From Tubulanus polymorphus (Eukaryota > Animalia > Nemertea): DNA of 64,000 nucleotides. The translations under genes and the position numbers were made by a program. The notes under the pieces are model-generated. The model was not told the DNA's origin and searched no databases. It saw only the letters and a list, made by a program, of their open reading frames with translations. Shown piece after piece: positions 62,804 through 64,000 of this stretch. The DNA is taken from positions 2,166,416 through 2,230,415 of the forward strand of contig NC_134032.1 in the NCBI RefSeq assembly GCF_964204645.1, given 5' to 3'. Within the stretch, counting starts at the first letter, position 1. Each line of letters starts with the position of its first letter.

Positions 62804-64000
62804 GGGCCGCGTATATCGTTTATCGTACATGTTTATATATCGTTGATAATGCGGCCAAACGTTTGTATATTTTAGAGTCAATTATTTAATGATTCCTAGA
62901 TCGATTTGCGTCAAGTCGATGTGATCGGATACCGACGCGCAGTTTTCTCAGCAGACAGGGGGAAGGTTAAACACGTACGCCGCTTATATATGGGAAAGTT
63001 TTCAAGCTCCCGAAAAAAGAACAGCTCAACTTAATTACGCGACATATATACTACAGCATGGGGATGATTCCATCACATGATAATTGTATATTGAAATATT
63101 TGATTTTATGATAAATCCATTATCAATCATTTTGCATATTCGACCATTGAAATACTTCATTACTTAGGCCTGGTAATTCAATTGTCAGTTAGATTGAAAA
63201 CACAGGAATGCGTCATGGAATTACCCTCGATTATATGGCCGGTGAAGGCATTGCGTAAATGCTTCCTTATGGGCCCCATTTTACTGGAAAGTGCTTCTTT
63301 CCGAGTTAAAAAGTACTTCCTATTGGGTATGAAAATTCCGAAAAAGTACTTTTCAGTACTTATTATTACCGCTTGAAACCCTGAAGAATTGCTTTTTTTC
63401 TGACTTTAGAATAGGGCTTCTCCCTGTTATCCATCTGATTGATAGATTGGATTTTGTGTCCTTTACAAACCTACGACCTGCTTGCCCGGGGCGAAACAGG
63501 GGTTAGATTCAAATTTGAAATTAAGTCATTGAATTGCTATAGGAAAGGATTATAAAGGATTTCAATAATTTTATAATAATTTAGATTTTTCTTTTTAACT
63601 GATTTTTCTTTTTTTTTATCTGATTTTATTTTGATTGAAAAATTACATTGCGAACTACATGACGTATGATTAAGGAAATAAATAGAAAACAAAATGGACC
63701 TTGAGGATATTAAGAATTAAGCGATGTACGAATTAATCAGTTAATCGCGAATTAAGTGGACTTCACTGGATTATCAGCTGTTTGGATCGCTCGGGAGTAG
63801 CCTTTCTAAAATTGCAATTTTTTCGAGATTTCCAAAGGATAACAAAGAACAAGTTTCGAACCAGTTAGGACATTTCCAATTGTATCGTAAAACAATATAC
63901 ATGGGAATATATATTATATAAAGCGGCACGTGCATGGTAGTTATGTAATATGCCATTAAAGTTACACCTAACTCGAGTTCCGTTCACGATCGAAACAACA

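Overview
AT-rich, repeat-dense animal (probably marine invertebrate) genomic DNA, not prokaryotic. There are two clear transporter genes: an intronless, highly divergent SLC18/VMAT-like MFS gene (2591-4003, +) and a spliced SLC16/monocarboxylate transporter gene (19281-21222 joined to 23373-23581, +). A probable unannotated multi-exon gene on the minus strand (exons 4753-4640, 1454-1326, 979-900, 485-236) would host the VMAT-like gene in an intron. The window also has an intact tRNA-Thr(CGT) (54009-54080), an apparently exact 4.0-kb tandem duplication (6408-10410 / 10449-14451), many PIF/Harbinger-type and one Tc1/mariner-type MITE, four minisatellite families (37, 39, 44, 47 bp; three derived from MITEs) and tRNA-derived SINE-like copies. 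The most notable non-coding signal is a dispersed set of minimal type-I hammerhead ribozyme motifs of the Penelope/retrozyme kind. They include a 167-bp tandem retrozyme-like array (52807-53230), small fold-back insertions with target-site duplications, and one hammerhead split by a MITE. All calls are by eye and protein-family comparisons are from memory; no searches were run.
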